Source: Octopus vulgaris (Eukaryota). From it: 64,000 nt of DNA. The notes beneath the pieces were generated by a model. It made no database searches. It saw only the letters and a program-made list of their open reading frames with translations, and was not told where the DNA came from. Shown here one piece after another: positions 1-12,531 of the stretch (the stretch's first letter is position 1; each line of letters opens with the position of its first letter). The DNA is taken from assembly GCA_951406725.2 (NCBI GenBank), contig OX597817.1, positions 169,694,001 through 169,758,000 on the forward strand, in the 5' to 3' direction. Both the position numbers and the translations under genes were made by a program.

Positions 1-377
1 TCCTTTCGGGGTCGATAAATTAAGTACCAGTTACGCACTGGGGTCGATGGAATCGACTTAATACCTATGTCTGTCCTTGTTTGTTCCCTCTGTGTTTAGC
101 CCCTTGTGGGTAATAAAGAAATAGGTATCAGGGCATTATAAGGCGGCGAGCTGGCAGAAATGTTAGCACGCCGGGCGAAATGCGTAGCCGTATTTCGTCT
201 GTCGTTATGCTGTGAGTTCAAATTCCGCCGAGGTCGACTTTGCCTTTCATCCTTTCGGGGTCAATAAATTAAGTACCAGTTATGCACTGGGGTCGATGGA
301 ATCGACTTAATACCTATGTCTGTCCTTGTTTGTCCCATCTATGTTTAGCCCCTTGTGGGTAATAAGGAAATAGGTAT
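1..377 (+). mobile_element. Tandem copies of tRNA-derived SINE family A (Meta/Sauria-like central domain)
   Basis: Head AAGGCGGCGAGCTGGCAG at 140, B-box-like GAGTTCAAATTCC, central GTCGACTTTGCCTTTCATCCTTTCGGGGTC. A partial copy occupies 1-127. The family recurs at about 11788, 18467, 26890(-), 29740(-), 33265 and 51729. Confidence 0.8.
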
Positions 378-610
378 CAGTGCATTATAAGTCTTGAAAA
401 AATTACAAAAATCAATTCCAGGTGAGAATGCGATCGATAAAGCCATGGGAAATCGTTTTTCTTTGGTTGCACAATCGACTATATGGCGCTGATAGGAGTT
501 GCATCCCTGAACACCAAGCGTGCATATTTCTTACACAGTTGATCATTTTTCTTTCTTTTTCTTTTTCAACTACTGTTGAGTGCCAAACAAATTTGCCAAA
601 CTCAATTTAG

Positions 611-930
611 TCTATTATATAAAATCTGTTCTGTCTGTCTGTGTGTGTGTCTTCTAGGATCTCGGGCAGCCTCCATCCAATTGCGCTCAAATTTGATATG
701 TATCAGGGTGTGTATAAGTCTTGAAAATATTACAAAAATCGATTCTAGGTGAGAATGCGATCAATAAAGTCATGGGAACGTGCATTTGTACGCGCAAGTA
801 CATCAGCTGTTGTGATGTACTTACTGGTACTTCAACGTTTCAGTTGCATATTTTTGTGAATAAAATCGTTTTTCTTTGGAATAGAAAAAAGTCTATCTTT
901 ATTTCTTCTTTTGCTGGTGTCTCAAATTTA
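611..930 (+). mobile_element. Helitron-like non-autonomous element fragment
   Basis: Starts TCTATTATATAAAA followed by (CTGT)n/(GT)n, like Helitron 5' ends. Segment 700-778 is a diverged copy of 375-452. No clear 3' CTAG hairpin found. Confidence 0.35.
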
Positions 931-1084
931 GATTAAATCAGTGTTTCTCAAAGGGGAGGCCTATGGGATGGTCAAACAAGTTGTTTTGAGAAAATTTGGT
1001 TTAAATGTTTGACAACTCAGCACCGTCCATTGGACGGGGGGCATTTTGCTCGTATGTATATATATATATATATAAAATATATAT

Positions 1085-1761
1085 ATGTGCCGGTGGCACA
1101 TAAAATGCACCATCCGAGTGTGGCCGACGCCAGCACCGCCTCGACTGGCTTCTGTGCCGGTGGCACATAAAAAGCACCAACCGATTGTGGGATCCCAGAA
1201 CATCTCGCTGTGCTTGAGGAGACCTGTTGAGTCAAGTGCATGTACATGAACATCGAACCAAATATCAATGGAAACAGTAGTTGTGATACCTGTGCCGGTG
1301 ACACATAAAAAGCACCATCCGAACGTGGCCGTTGCCAGTGCAGCCTCCACTGGCTTCTGTGCCGGTGGCACATAAAAAGCACCATCCGAACGTGACCGAT
1401 GCCAACCCTGCCTCGAATGGCTTCTGTGCCGGTGGCACATAAAAAGCACCATCCGAACATGGCCGATGCCAGCACCGCCTTGACTGGCTTCTGTGCCAGT
1501 GGCACATAAAAAAAAAAAAAAGCACCAATCGATCGTGGCCGATGCTAGACCCCTCTGGCACCTGTGCAGGTGGCACGTAAAAAGCACCCACTACACTCGC
1601 GGAGTGGTTGGCGTTAGGAAGGGCATCCAGCTGTAGAAACACTGCCAGATCAGACTGGATCCTGGGGCAGCCCCTGGCTCCCCAGACCCTGGTCGAACCG
1701 TCCAACCCGTGCTAGCGCGGAAAACGGACATTAAACGATGATGATGATGAGGATGATGATG
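1085..1761 (+). mobile_element. (GAT)n-tailed retroposon family D with internal ~65-70 bp tandem subrepeats
   Basis: Repeated unit TGTGCCGGTGGCACATAAAAAGCACCATCCG..., then GGCGTTAGGAAGGGCATCCAGCTGTAGAAA, ending GGACATTAAACGATGATGATG. Confidence 0.8.
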
Positions 1762-1776
1762 ATCACAGTCTTAGTG

Positions 1777-2107
1777 AAGGCGCATGGCTCAGTGGTAAGA
1801 GCCTCGAGCTTATGACCGTGAGGTTGTGAGTTTGAATCCCGGATCGGGCTGCATGTTGTGTTCTTGAGCAAGACACTTTATTTCACGTTGCTCCAGTTCA
1901 CTCAGCTGTAGAAATGAGTTGCAACGTCACTGATGCCAAGCTGTATCGGCCTTTGCCTTTCCCTTGGATGACATTGGTGGCATGGAGAAAGGAGGCTGAT
2001 ATGCATGGGCGACTGCTGGTCTTCCATAAACAGCCTTGCCCGGACTTGTGCCTGGGAGGGTAACTTTCTAGGTGCAATCCCATGGTCATTCGTGACAGAA
2101 GGGTTTC
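1777..2107 (+). mobile_element. tRNA-derived CORE-like SINE family E
   Basis: A-box TGGCTCAGTGG, B-box-like GAGTTTGAATCC, CORE-like TTCTTGAGCAAGACAC. Related copies at about 22895-23230(-) and 52583-52870(+). Confidence 0.75.
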
Positions 2108-2936
2108 TCCGCAATATATCACACTTGTATGTGTGTGGCCTAGTGGTTAGGGTGTTGCTCTCATGAGCACAAGATCATGGTTTCAATTCCTAGATCAGCA
2201 GTGCATTGTGTTCTTGAGCAAAATACTTCATTTCATTTTGCTGCAAATGGGTACTCCTGTGATGAATTGGAGTTCCATTCAGAGAAAATATCCACCTGCT
2301 CACCCTCCCAGTTGTATGGCATCATTTGAAAAGGTACAACAATACAAGGAAAGACATTGTGACCAGTGGTGTATAACTATATTTGATTGTCTGGCTAACC
2401 ACTACGTCATATGCTCATGGGCATATGGCATAATAACATAATAACATCGAAAAATACCTTAGGAACGAGAACCCAGGTTCGAAATTTGCCCAAGATACCT
2501 GATGAGGAAAATATCTGTCAAATGTAAATAATTTAAATCATGTACATAATTCCTCATCTCTTAAATATAGAAATGTACCATCATCTAATGTCTTTTGTCC
2601 ATGTGGCATGGGTTGGATGGTGTGACCAGAGCTGGCAAGCTGTGGGTCTGCACCAGTCTCCAGTCTGATTTGGCATGGTTTCTACAGCTGGATGCTCTTC
2701 CTGATGCCAACCACTTTACTGAGTGTGCTGGGTGCTTTTATGTAGCACTGCACTTGTGCTCTTACATGACACTGCAATGGGCACTTTTATGTGACGCCAC
2801 ATGGGTGCTTTTACATGTTCCCACATGGGTGCTTTTACGTGGCACCACCATGGGCGCTTTACACAACCAGAAGGATCGGTCTTAACATAAATATAAACAA
2901 AATTATTGCATTTGATAATGCTATAAAGACTTTTAC

Positions 2937-3033
2937 CTGGTTCTGTTTTATCTTGGCTTTCATTACAACGAGTCCCCTTGGTCTGGTTTTCAAATACAGG
3001 TATTTGCCAAAGCTCATTAGTTTGATGAATGCT
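2937..3033 (-). CDS. Candidate internal coding exon of minus-strand host gene (phase 0 to 1: SIHQTNELWQIPVFENQTKGTRCNESQDKTEP)
   Basis: Minus-strand acceptor ttttattgttgtgttttgtttaatag, donor CAG|GTAAAA, 97 nt, open frame with two N-glycosylation sequons. It needs an unidentified phase 1 to 0 exon to join the 12532 exon. A phase-2 frame is also open. Confidence 0.45.
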
Positions 3034-3370
3034 CTATTAAACAAAACACAACAATAAAATAATAAAAGGATTACCAAAATATACTGATAATTCAAAGTAA
3101 CACACATATTGTCTAATTATTTTGTCGCTTTACTTGTTTCTGCCATCAGACTGTGGCCATGCTACAGCACAACCTTGAAGAATTTCAATCAAACAAATTA
3201 GCCCCAGTACTTATTTTTAAGCCTCCTAATTATTCTATCAGCCTCTTTTGCCAAATTGCTAAGTTATGGGGATGTAAACATCAGTTCTCAATCAGTGGTG
3301 GGAGACACACACAGACACCAAGATACACACACACATACATAATATATATATCTATATATATATATATTCT

Positions 3371-3444
<74 letters not shown>

Positions 3445-3456
3445 CATATACATACA

Positions 3457-3492
<36 letters not shown>

Positions 3493-3537
3493 TATACATA
3501 AATCAGAAATGGGCAAACAATGAATTCAAAGTAACTC

Positions 3538-3775
3538 ACATATTTTTGAAGTGATGTGCAGATATTGTATATTTAGAATAATAAGGTAGTCAGAATGTTG
3601 GATGATCATATATATTTAAAAAAATTTATTTTTGATAAATCCGATAATGGAAGAAGTGCTAAAAATGTAAATAAGATGTAAATAAATAATAAAATATATA
3701 TAATCATCCAACATTCTGACTACCTTATTCTAAATATACAAGTATGCAAGTACGTCACTTCAAAAAATATTATGT
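3538..3775. repeat. Foldback inverted repeat / MITE-like element (~70-80 bp arms)
   Basis: TATTTTTGAAGTGA...GTATATTTAGAATAATAAGGTAGTCAGAATGTTGGATGAT pairs with ATCATCCAACATTCTGACTACCTTATTCTAAATATAC...TCACTTCAAAAAATA. Confidence 0.75.
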
Positions 3776-3929
3776 ATACAGGGTCACCCAAAAAGATTAT
3801 CAAAGATGGTATGGGCTAATGTTTTGTAAACTATGAGAAAATTTCCCAACTATACTTCTCTGTAGGCAACATTGAAAGACAAGACATTGGATGAATGTGG
3901 TAACAATTTCTTTTATCTATTTATTTTTT

Positions 3930-4337
3930 TACTTGTTTCAGTCATTGGATTGTGGCCATGCTGGGTTGTCACCTTGAAGGATTTAGTCAAACAAATCGAT
4001 CCCAGTACTTATATTTTAAAATTCGGGACTTATTTATTGGTCTCTTTTGCCAAAACTGCTATTTACAGGGATATAAACAAACCAACACTGTTTGTCAAGT
4101 GGTGTATATGTGTTTGTGTGTGGGACATATCCAAACACAAAGACACACACAAATATACAAATATATATACATGTATCATAGGCTTCCACACAGTTTCCAT
4201 CTACCAAATCCACTCACAAGACATTGGTTGGCCCAGGACTACAGTAGAAGACACTTGCCCAAGGTACTGTGCAGCGGGACTGAACTCAAAACCATATGGT
4301 TACAAAGCTAGTTCCTTAATCACACAGCCATGCCTGC
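3930..4337 (-). mobile_element. SINE family B (tRNA head, CORE-like, internal TA/TG microsatellite), diverged copy
   Basis: Reverse-complement similarity to the cleaner copies at 19432 and 32631. Confidence 0.7.
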
Positions 4338-5259
4338 ATGTTCACAAAAGAAAATTATATACCTACATTGTACCAAGTAAACCTCCACCTAATTCCTGTT
4401 AAAATTTAAACTCCCTTATTATATACTCAAACAATTCACACATAAGACTCAGTTATGTCTGTTCATTATCCTTTTCGAGAATCTAGAAATGATTCTGCTG
4501 TATCCCGTTTCAAAGAATTGCTTAATAATTATTCCTATTTGGATTCTAGATTGCCAACTTTAATTATGAAGTAATTGGCAAAATGGTAATTCTCTATGTG
4601 ATAATATATAATCAAATGAAAGATAGAACAGATTAACTATACTGAACAAAGTAATGTTTATTGCAAAGTCTTTCAAATGGGATAACTTTTGGCTAAATGA
4701 ATTACAACTTGGTGAATTTATAACTTCAAACAACAACCAGATTGAGAGAATGCATTCGTTGCAGTTTCACATTTAGCACTATATTATAAGAAGATAATCT
4801 GTTGATATTCATTTTATTATGCACAAGCATCTAAAAAGTAAATAAGCATCATTATTCTTGAAAGATTTATTTCTCCCTTTTCCTTCGAATATTTGCTAGT
4901 TGAAGAAAGATTTCTTCTAGCTATTCTACTACAGAAGCCAAACTGATGGAGACACCTCACAGAAATACCCTGTGACTCATTACCAGCTACCAATGTGGAT
5001 CATTTTCACAAAACCCACTCAACAGCCCAAAGACACCTCTCAGGAGACCCAGGTCAATCTGAGCAAGATGCTGTTGGTTCTTTTCTGGCAAATTATATGA
5101 CTACTTTGTTGACCATGGCAAGAGGAATTCCAAGGTTCTGTGCAATCTAATGCTAGTTAAGTCCACTATCAGACTGACCCTCAATATTCCCTTTTTCAAA
5201 CTCAGTACTTTTGCTTCTAGTGTTTACAACATGGCTAGTTACTATAAACAATTAATAGA

Positions 5260-5719
5260 TCATTCAAGCCAAGTGAAATCATAGTTGTAGCCAATGTGGT
5301 GTCACATAACTGGCACCCATGCCAGTGGCACATAACATAAAACGCACCTTTTGAACACTGGGCCTCATGGAGACAGAGTGGCCGATGTTGATGGCACATG
5401 AAAAATACCTTTTGAGTGTTGGCCTCTTGGAAGCTATGACAAATGACCAAGACTTTTGGCCTTATGCTGTGAGAAGAAGACCCATCAAGCCAAATGAAAT
5501 CGTAGTCATAGCAGATACTGGTGTCACACAAATGGCACCTGTGCCAGTGGAACGTAAAAGCACCCATTACAGTCTTGGAGTGGTTGGCATTAGGAAGGGA
5601 ATCCAGATGTAGAAACCATGCCAAATCAGACTAGAGTCTGGTGCAGCATTCCAGGCTGGTCAAACTGTTCAACCCATGCCAGCATGGACAGCGGACGTTA
5701 AATGATGATGATGATGATA
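5260..5719 (+). mobile_element. Diverged retroposon family D copy with (GAT)n tail
   Basis: GGAGTGGTTGGCATTAGGAAGGGAATCCAG...GCGGACGTTAAATGATGATGATG. Confidence 0.7.
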
Positions 5720-8700
5720 CTGAATGAAAAATAACAATACATTAACAAGTTTGAAACAGCAAGTAGTGTCCATACAGATAGAGCATTATAAATTAGGGGT
5801 GGCTATTTACTTTTGAGGTGTCTGTACATATCATCGAAATGGTACAATGCTAAATTATCTAATTGAACATTAGCTGAATATTATATTCTGAGAGATGGTG
5901 TACTTTAGTAATGATATTTCAAGATTGTGTCTCAAAATAACAAGGTTATTGTATTTCAGTGTTGAAGTCTATTAAATTGTTTCTTCTTCAATTGACTAGT
6001 GGTACCCATTGTAATGACATTCATGTCATATTATCGTTATATCTTCAATATGTTCAGATGCCATGCTGAGATGTTTCAAAAGCCAAAGTAAAATTATCAA
6101 TTCGATCTTAACTGTTTTACTGAATCCATTTCCCATCATTGTAATAAAATTTGTTGTTTTCATTAATTTTTCTTTTTTTATCTAAAAATTATAGAACTGA
6201 ATTGTATTATACTTTACTCATGTTTCATAAAGTAGATAACTACAGTATTGCTGTTCATGCTGCAATGTTAGCTAATGTTCTCTCTGACAATTTAAGTAAC
6301 TAAGTGATTTTGAAAAATATTTAAGACATTCTGTTTTCTAAATGTGCCCGCACAAAGACATTAGAAAAAAAAACAAAAATAGCAACAGTTTTCTATGCCA
6401 CCATTCCCAAGATAGTCATCTTTTTCTTTCCTTTTTATCTTCTTCATTATTAATACTGTTATTTTCATGGGGGAAAGGAAAATGATAATCTCCTGTTCAG
6501 TGCAACAAATCCTCGAGATGAGAAGTGAAGTTATTACAAGAGAACAAGTCAAATAAGATTAGCAGTTAGATTGGTGAGTTGATTGCCAACAAAGATAGGC
6601 ACATATCTCATTTGAATATATTCTTCCAATGAAACAACCACTCCAAGGAAATTTTATTCACGATACCTTTCGTTCTCTCCGTCCTTATATTGCTTTCTTT
6701 TTTTTTTTTTCTTCTCTCTCTCTCTCTCTTTCCACTTTTCAGGATTATTGTCACAATTAAGGAAATACATTTTGCTCTTAATTCTAAGAGCTACTACAGA
6801 AACAACAACAGCAACAACAACAACAACAGCAGCTACTACTACTAGTTGTAGTAGTAGTAGTAGAGCAGCTATTACATGTGTAAGTGGGAAGATAAAAATG
6901 CGTATTTGATAAGAAAGCGTTCATCAATGTTGTTAGTTGAGAGCATCAGTGATGAGTGATCGAAGCGACAGGGCGAAAGTAATCAATAAAACATAGTCAA
7001 CAATCTGATCAAGATGAAACTGCAGTCTAAAGATAAATGAAATATTTGAAGGGAAAAAAATATCAGTTGAACTATATCTTTCATAATAATTATCTTTAGT
7101 CTTTCTTCAGACAAATGAGGAGAGTTTTTAGTAATTTTATCAACTTAATCATCATTGCAGATAAGAAAGCAGTAATTTAATTAAGAATATTATGAACTAC
7201 TTCTTATATTGACAACAATGTCAAACATTTCATTAAGAAAATAAATTTACAAGAAATATAAAATCAATCAAGTTAAACCAGTAAAATTTAATATTTTCCC
7301 AAAGGAATATCTAATTTTTACTAATTCTTTAGTTAATGCAGCAAACTTGAATTTCAAATCATTCCAAGGTAAAAATAATCTTTTAATCTCATAAAATAAT
7401 GAAGATATATAACTTTTTATTCACAAAATGATGAGATGACTGAAAGTTTTTTTTGTTTTTTTATGGAAGTACATATGCTAATTACAGTAACATAATTATT
7501 TCAGAAAACAGAATTGCTTGTCAGAGCTTCAAAGATGGAATGAAGTTTATGTTCTGAAGAAAGGGGTTTTATTCCGTAAACAGCAGGAACATAATCAGCT
7601 GAGTGTTCTAAAGGATGACTCTATATTCAAGGTTACACAATTTTATTGATTTTACTCCAGTCACCTTGATGAGGAATTGTCAGTATAAATATCTCCACAA
7701 TGGTTGTGCCATATAATTAAGGTCATTTTAACTTACAGTTCTTTCATGTTCATTAAAGATTAGCAAACTAAAAATTAATGAAGTAAAGATTAACAAAGTA
7801 ATTTTCATGTTCAAAATAGGACAAGAAGCCTGTCAGTTGAAATGATATTTTAGTATAGGACTTGGAAATGTGGAGCACAATTTCTCAACTGCCATAAAAA
7901 TGTTTGGAATCCCCTTGTAAGTTAATTCTGAAAAAGGTTGAGATTGTGTACTAATTGGTAGCAAACTTGATGTATATTGCCTTAAGTTTGTCATTATAGA
8001 TAGGAAAAATCTAAAGAATGTTATTGTTTAATGCCTGCGTCTCTCTAGCAAGTTCTTTGTCCTGCAAACATTAAACAGACCATAGTAATGAGGCAGCTAC
8101 CTCTTTTGACTATTTCTATGTGAAGATCTGAAATAGGTGTGACATCATTATGACCACTAGCCTGGTGGTCTACCGTTTCAATGATCTGAACATATTTCTG
8201 CATTGGGCCTGTAACAGCATGTTCTTGAAATGTCTGATCTAAATTTAGCAAACCCATTAGCATCAAGTTCGTCAAAGACAGTAACTACGTTTAGCAAATC
8301 TATTAATGCTAAACCTTTCACAGAGATTCAGAAACAATGAAATTCATGCTACCAAAGCTTTTAAAAAAATATTGAAGTGCATAACATAACTCATGCTTTT
8401 CAATAAGGTGAATGGAATGCTTATTTGAATACTATATGGCTGAAAGGTCAAAGCAGTACTTCACTAGTCAATGGAGTTCCAATGAATACTTAAGACACCC
8501 AACAGGCTAGTTTAAGCTAGCCAGATCATTAGTTAAGTGAATAGTCTATAAATCAATGCTGTAAGTTCACCTCCTAACTACCTACGATCTGTAGAAAAGT
8601 GATTATTAAAGTGAGTCAAGTTCTAGCTATTTATGATGATACTAGTGGAAGCAGTCGAAAGCAATAAAATTTGCTTTCCATAGTCTGTTCAAATTAATGA

Positions 8701-9949
8701 TACTATCTGTTAGTTGCAACTTCTGATAGAAGGGGTGGGATTTGAACTCAGAGTGCTCAGAGTCAGAACGGATACTGCAGAACATCCTGTCCAATGCCTA
8801 AACAATTTCACCAATCTGCTGCTCTGAACTCATCTGAAGAATAAAGTCAGTAGTTAGGGTACAGAATAAGAGCATAGGTATATTAACCATGGAGTTCAGC
8901 TAGCATGGATACACACACTACAATGGTGTAAATTTACAGGGAACACTTGATCCAAAAGTAGATAGAACCCATAAGCAGAGAAAGTAACTTGGAGGGTCTC
9001 ATGTCAGACACAGCTTTGCTGATATCAAGTACAACTTTTCATGAGTGAGAGATACTGACAAATGAAATAGAAGACCAAATCACCCAAGATTATACTCTAT
9101 GGAAACTAAATTGGTGATCACTGAGAATGGAGAGGCAATGTGATGATGAGGACATTTGTTTATATCTATGATCATCAGTTGGGAAATGCTGGAATTGAAA
9201 GTAATAGGGTGGTAGTTAGCAGGAAATAACCATGTTTCCATAGACTGAGACAGATGCCTGTAGAGAGATCAGGAGATTGAAAAGGCTGGCAAGGATATGA
9301 GCTGCTTGTGCACTTTTTGAAGGTATTGGAAGAGATACTATCAGAATCAATAACCTCACTGGGTTGGAGTGATCACAGAAATTGTTGGTAAGAAAGAAGA
9401 CTATAAAAGTATAAATACAATATAGATTTCTAATACTGGCACAAAGCCACAGATTTAGTGAGAGGTAAATAATCAATCAGATTGTCTCCTGTAGTAGACT
9501 AGTACTTATTTTAATCAATCTGTGTAAGGATGAATGGCAAAGTCAAAATTGATGGGATCTGAATTCAGAACATAAAACTGAATAGCACTAGGTATTTTGT
9601 TTAATAAATTACTAATTCTACTGATCAACCATTCTCCAAAGTCTAAATTTAATGATAACAAACAATGACTTCTTCAGTGTAATATAAATCCTGAGTATAG
9701 TGTTCTTATATCTTTCAATAGAAATGAAAAAAATAGGTGAAGTAGGATCTATCAGGAATTGAAATCAGATCATTCTATAAAAAATTACAGCTATTTTAAG
9801 CACTTAATCCAATGATAGCAAGTAACCAGAAGTTTCCGTCCTTTCTTCCTTCCTGATGATCAGTTAGTAGTCATGTAATTAAATTAATTACATGATTTTT
9901 CAACAACAGAGGTACATATAAATGTGTAATCAACTTCATTGACATCAAG

Positions 9950-9950
<1 letters not shown>

Positions 9951-10011
<61 letters not shown>

Positions 10012-10025
10012 TATTATTATTATTA
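9951..10025. repeat. (TAT/TAA)n microsatellite flanking the LINE 3' end
   Basis: Read directly. Confidence 0.95.
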
Positions 10026-10029
10026 CTTT

Positions 10030-11722
10030 TTTTTTCTTCTTTCAAATTTTCTTCCATTTCTTGCCGAGTGTCTTCCCGACTCCTAGGGCAAAGAAACTCA
10101 TAGTGTATATTGGTAGGCCATTAAAGCAAACTCAGTAGTTCGTTCATTCTTTTTTTTTTTTTTTAAGTTAAATTAAAATACATGAGCAGCAACAGTTCTC
10201 ACATCGACAATGCTCTTCTCAATACGTGTGATGTACCAGTTAAGACAATCTTTTGCACTTCTTGCAGGGATGGTAAGCCAGGGATCATTCTCATATAATT
10301 TTCGGTTCCCTTCTTGATCATTCCTAGTGCTCCTACGATCACTGGTATTGTAACCGCCTTGAGATGCCACATTTTCTCAATTTCAATGAGTAGGTCTTTA
10401 TATTTTCTGAGCTTGTCAAACTCTTTCGCTGAGATATTATGATCACAGGGGATGCTCATGTCGATCAATAAGCAAACTTTATTGTTTTGGTCTTTCACAA
10501 CAATATCTGGTTTATTGGCCTTGATGGTTCGGTCTGTATGTACTGGAAAGTCCCACAGAATGGTTACATTTTCTCCTTCAGTTACAGCCTCAGGGTGGTG
10601 ATTATACCACTTGTCGGCAGTTTTGATATTGTAATGCCGACTTATTAGCCAGTGGAGATATTGGCCAACTCTGTCATGTCTTAATTTATACTCCACTGGT
10701 GCTAAGACTTTACATCCAGAGATTAGGTGGTCCACTGTTTCAATCATGTCGTTGCAGAATCGGCATTTTGGGTCTGCTCCATTTTTCATCACATTGGCCT
10801 GGTAGTTCCGGGTTAATAGGCTTTGGTCTTGAGCAGCCAGGATGAAACCTTCGCTCTCTGCTTTTAGCCCTGAGCTCCGCAGCCACTGATGGGTTTGCTT
10901 CTGGTCAACATCAGCTTGTTTGCTGCGGGTCACATATTTGCCGTGCAGAGGTTTCTCCTCCCACCTATCAGCCAATTGCTCGTGCGCTTTTTTCATTGCC
11001 ATCATTTTCACCTTCTTTGCAACAATAGTTGCCGTACTTCCCTCGGGTTGTTCAGTTTGGGTATCCTGCACGAGATCAATAGCAAATTTTTTGCTTTCCT
11101 TGATGATAGAATGAAGCTTCTTTCGTCTCTCGTGATTTTCCACGAGCTTTAGCATCCAGTCATTCGATATTTCGATATATTTGGCCAGTCCAATTGTGGT
11201 TGTTTTGTAAGCTAGTTCAAATTGGATCAGGCCTCGACCTCCTTGGGCTCTGGGAAGGTAAAGGCGATCTACGTCTGCCTTTGGGTGGTGCATCCTATTA
11301 CAACTCAGCAGCTTGCGTATTTTTCTATCTATATTCTTTACTTCACTCATATTCCAGTTCAACACATTGTAGCTATAAGTAACAACTGGAACTGCTAAGG
11401 AATTTATAGCTAACACCTTGTTACGTGCATTTAGTTCAGATTTCAGGACTGCACGAACTCTCCTATAACATTCCTTCCTGATTTTCTCTTTCATGCTTGC
11501 ATGCTGAATACCAGAGCCTTCATTTATCCCTAAATATTTGTATGTCTGTTCTTGCTCAAGCTCTCTTATGACTGTGTCAACATCTAACACGACTGAATTT
11601 GTGGTCTTCACTTTCCCTTTCTGGAAAGTGGCCTTGGCACACTTCTCAAGTCCAAACTCCATCCCGATGTCATCGCTGAATGCTTTCACGGTGCGCAATA
11701 GGCCTTCAAGTTCATTATTGTC

Positions 11723-11724
<2 letters not shown>
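10030..11724 (-). mobile_element. 5'-truncated R4/Dong-clade non-LTR retrotransposon (RLE type) inserted in (TAA)n
   Basis: ORF plus ~170 bp 3'UTR, with (TAA)n arrays on both sides (9951-10025 and 11727-11787). Microsatellite targeting is known for Dong-type R4 elements. Confidence 0.85.
10199..11698 (-). CDS. Retrotransposon ORF C-terminal part: RT thumb, CCHC zinc knuckle, restriction-like endonuclease
   Basis: 499 aa with no stops. Motifs GMEFGLEKC, YKYLG, RLYLPRAQGGRGL, CRFC...ETVDHLISGC, RHD, KPDIVV...LIDMSIP (PD-(D/E)xK-type RLE). The start is truncated, so the M is not a true start. Confidence 0.9.
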   Translation of the reverse strand: MRTVKAFSDDIGMEFGLEKCAKATFQKGKVKTTNSVVLDVDTVIRELEQEQTYKYLGINEGSGIQHASMKEKIRKECYRRVRAVLKSELNARNKVLAINSLAVPVVTYSYNVLNWNMSEVKNIDRKIRKLLSCNRMHHPKADVDRLYLPRAQGGRGLIQFELAYKTTTIGLAKYIEISNDWMLKLVENHERRKKLHSIIKESKKFAIDLVQDTQTEQPEGSTATIVAKKVKMMAMKKAHEQLADRWEEKPLHGKYVTRSKQADVDQKQTHQWLRSSGLKAESEGFILAAQDQSLLTRNYQANVMKNGADPKCRFCNDMIETVDHLISGCKVLAPVEYKLRHDRVGQYLHWLISRHYNIKTADKWYNHHPEAVTEGENVTILWDFPVHTDRTIKANKPDIVVKDQNNKVCLLIDMSIPCDHNISAKEFDKLRKYKDLLIEIEKMWHLKAVTIPVIVGALGMIKKGTENYMRMIPGLPSLQEVQKIVLTGTSHVLRRALSM

Positions 11725-11756
<32 letters not shown>

Positions 11757-12531
11757 CATTACTATTATTATTATTATTATTATTACTAAGGTGGCAAGCT
11801 AGCAGAGTCATTAGCATGCTAAGTGAAATACTTAGTGGCATTTTGTCCATCTTTATGGTCTGAGTTGAAATTCCACCATGGTCAACTTTGCCTTTCATGT
11901 CATGATTATCGATATCCAGTTCTTGTACCACCCACACCAACCACAGGAATTGAACTCAGCAATGCAATTAACAAAGAGGGGACCTCTATATAATTGCATG
12001 CCCTGCAATAATTTATTACAACAAATCACACTGCATTTACTTAAATAAGGAAACAGCAGATAGTGTAGTCCATCATACCACTAAAAAGAAAAGAGGATCA
12101 TGATTGGAATACCTTTAATCATAGGTTTTCTCAATCAAGGTTCATCTGGGGTTAATTAACAACAAACTTCTGGAGGAGTTGAACTGAGCACTGCAATTTT
12201 ATAGTTTTGTCACAGCTTACAGCAGCAAATTGTTCTTTCCTTTTTGATGCCAGTTTACATGTAGGATATGAACTATAAGCTTTTCAGTTAGTTCTCTGAT
12301 GCCTTTTCTACTTAGTAAGCCATTCTTCTTTAACCCAGACTATTCTTATTACTAATATGAAAATAGATAAATAAATCAATAAACTGTGATTTATATAACT
12401 GAATAACAATAAATGAGTTTGATAAGCGATTAATGCCTAAGTACCATCACTTTAAAAATGAATTCATGCCCGGAATATCTTGAGTAAGAAAATCAATCAA
12501 TACTGAGTTTGAAAATCAATCTAAGTCTTAC

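Noticed and set aside
961-1705. Overlapping ORFs with GAFYVPPA/MVLFMCHRH repeats (also at 20.3, 34, 35.8, 45.4 and 57.7 kb)
   Set aside because: They come from GC-rich tandem subrepeats of retroposon family D and are open in several frames at once.
7700-9470. Possible very old LINE remnants
   Set aside because: No diagnostic motif could be read with confidence.
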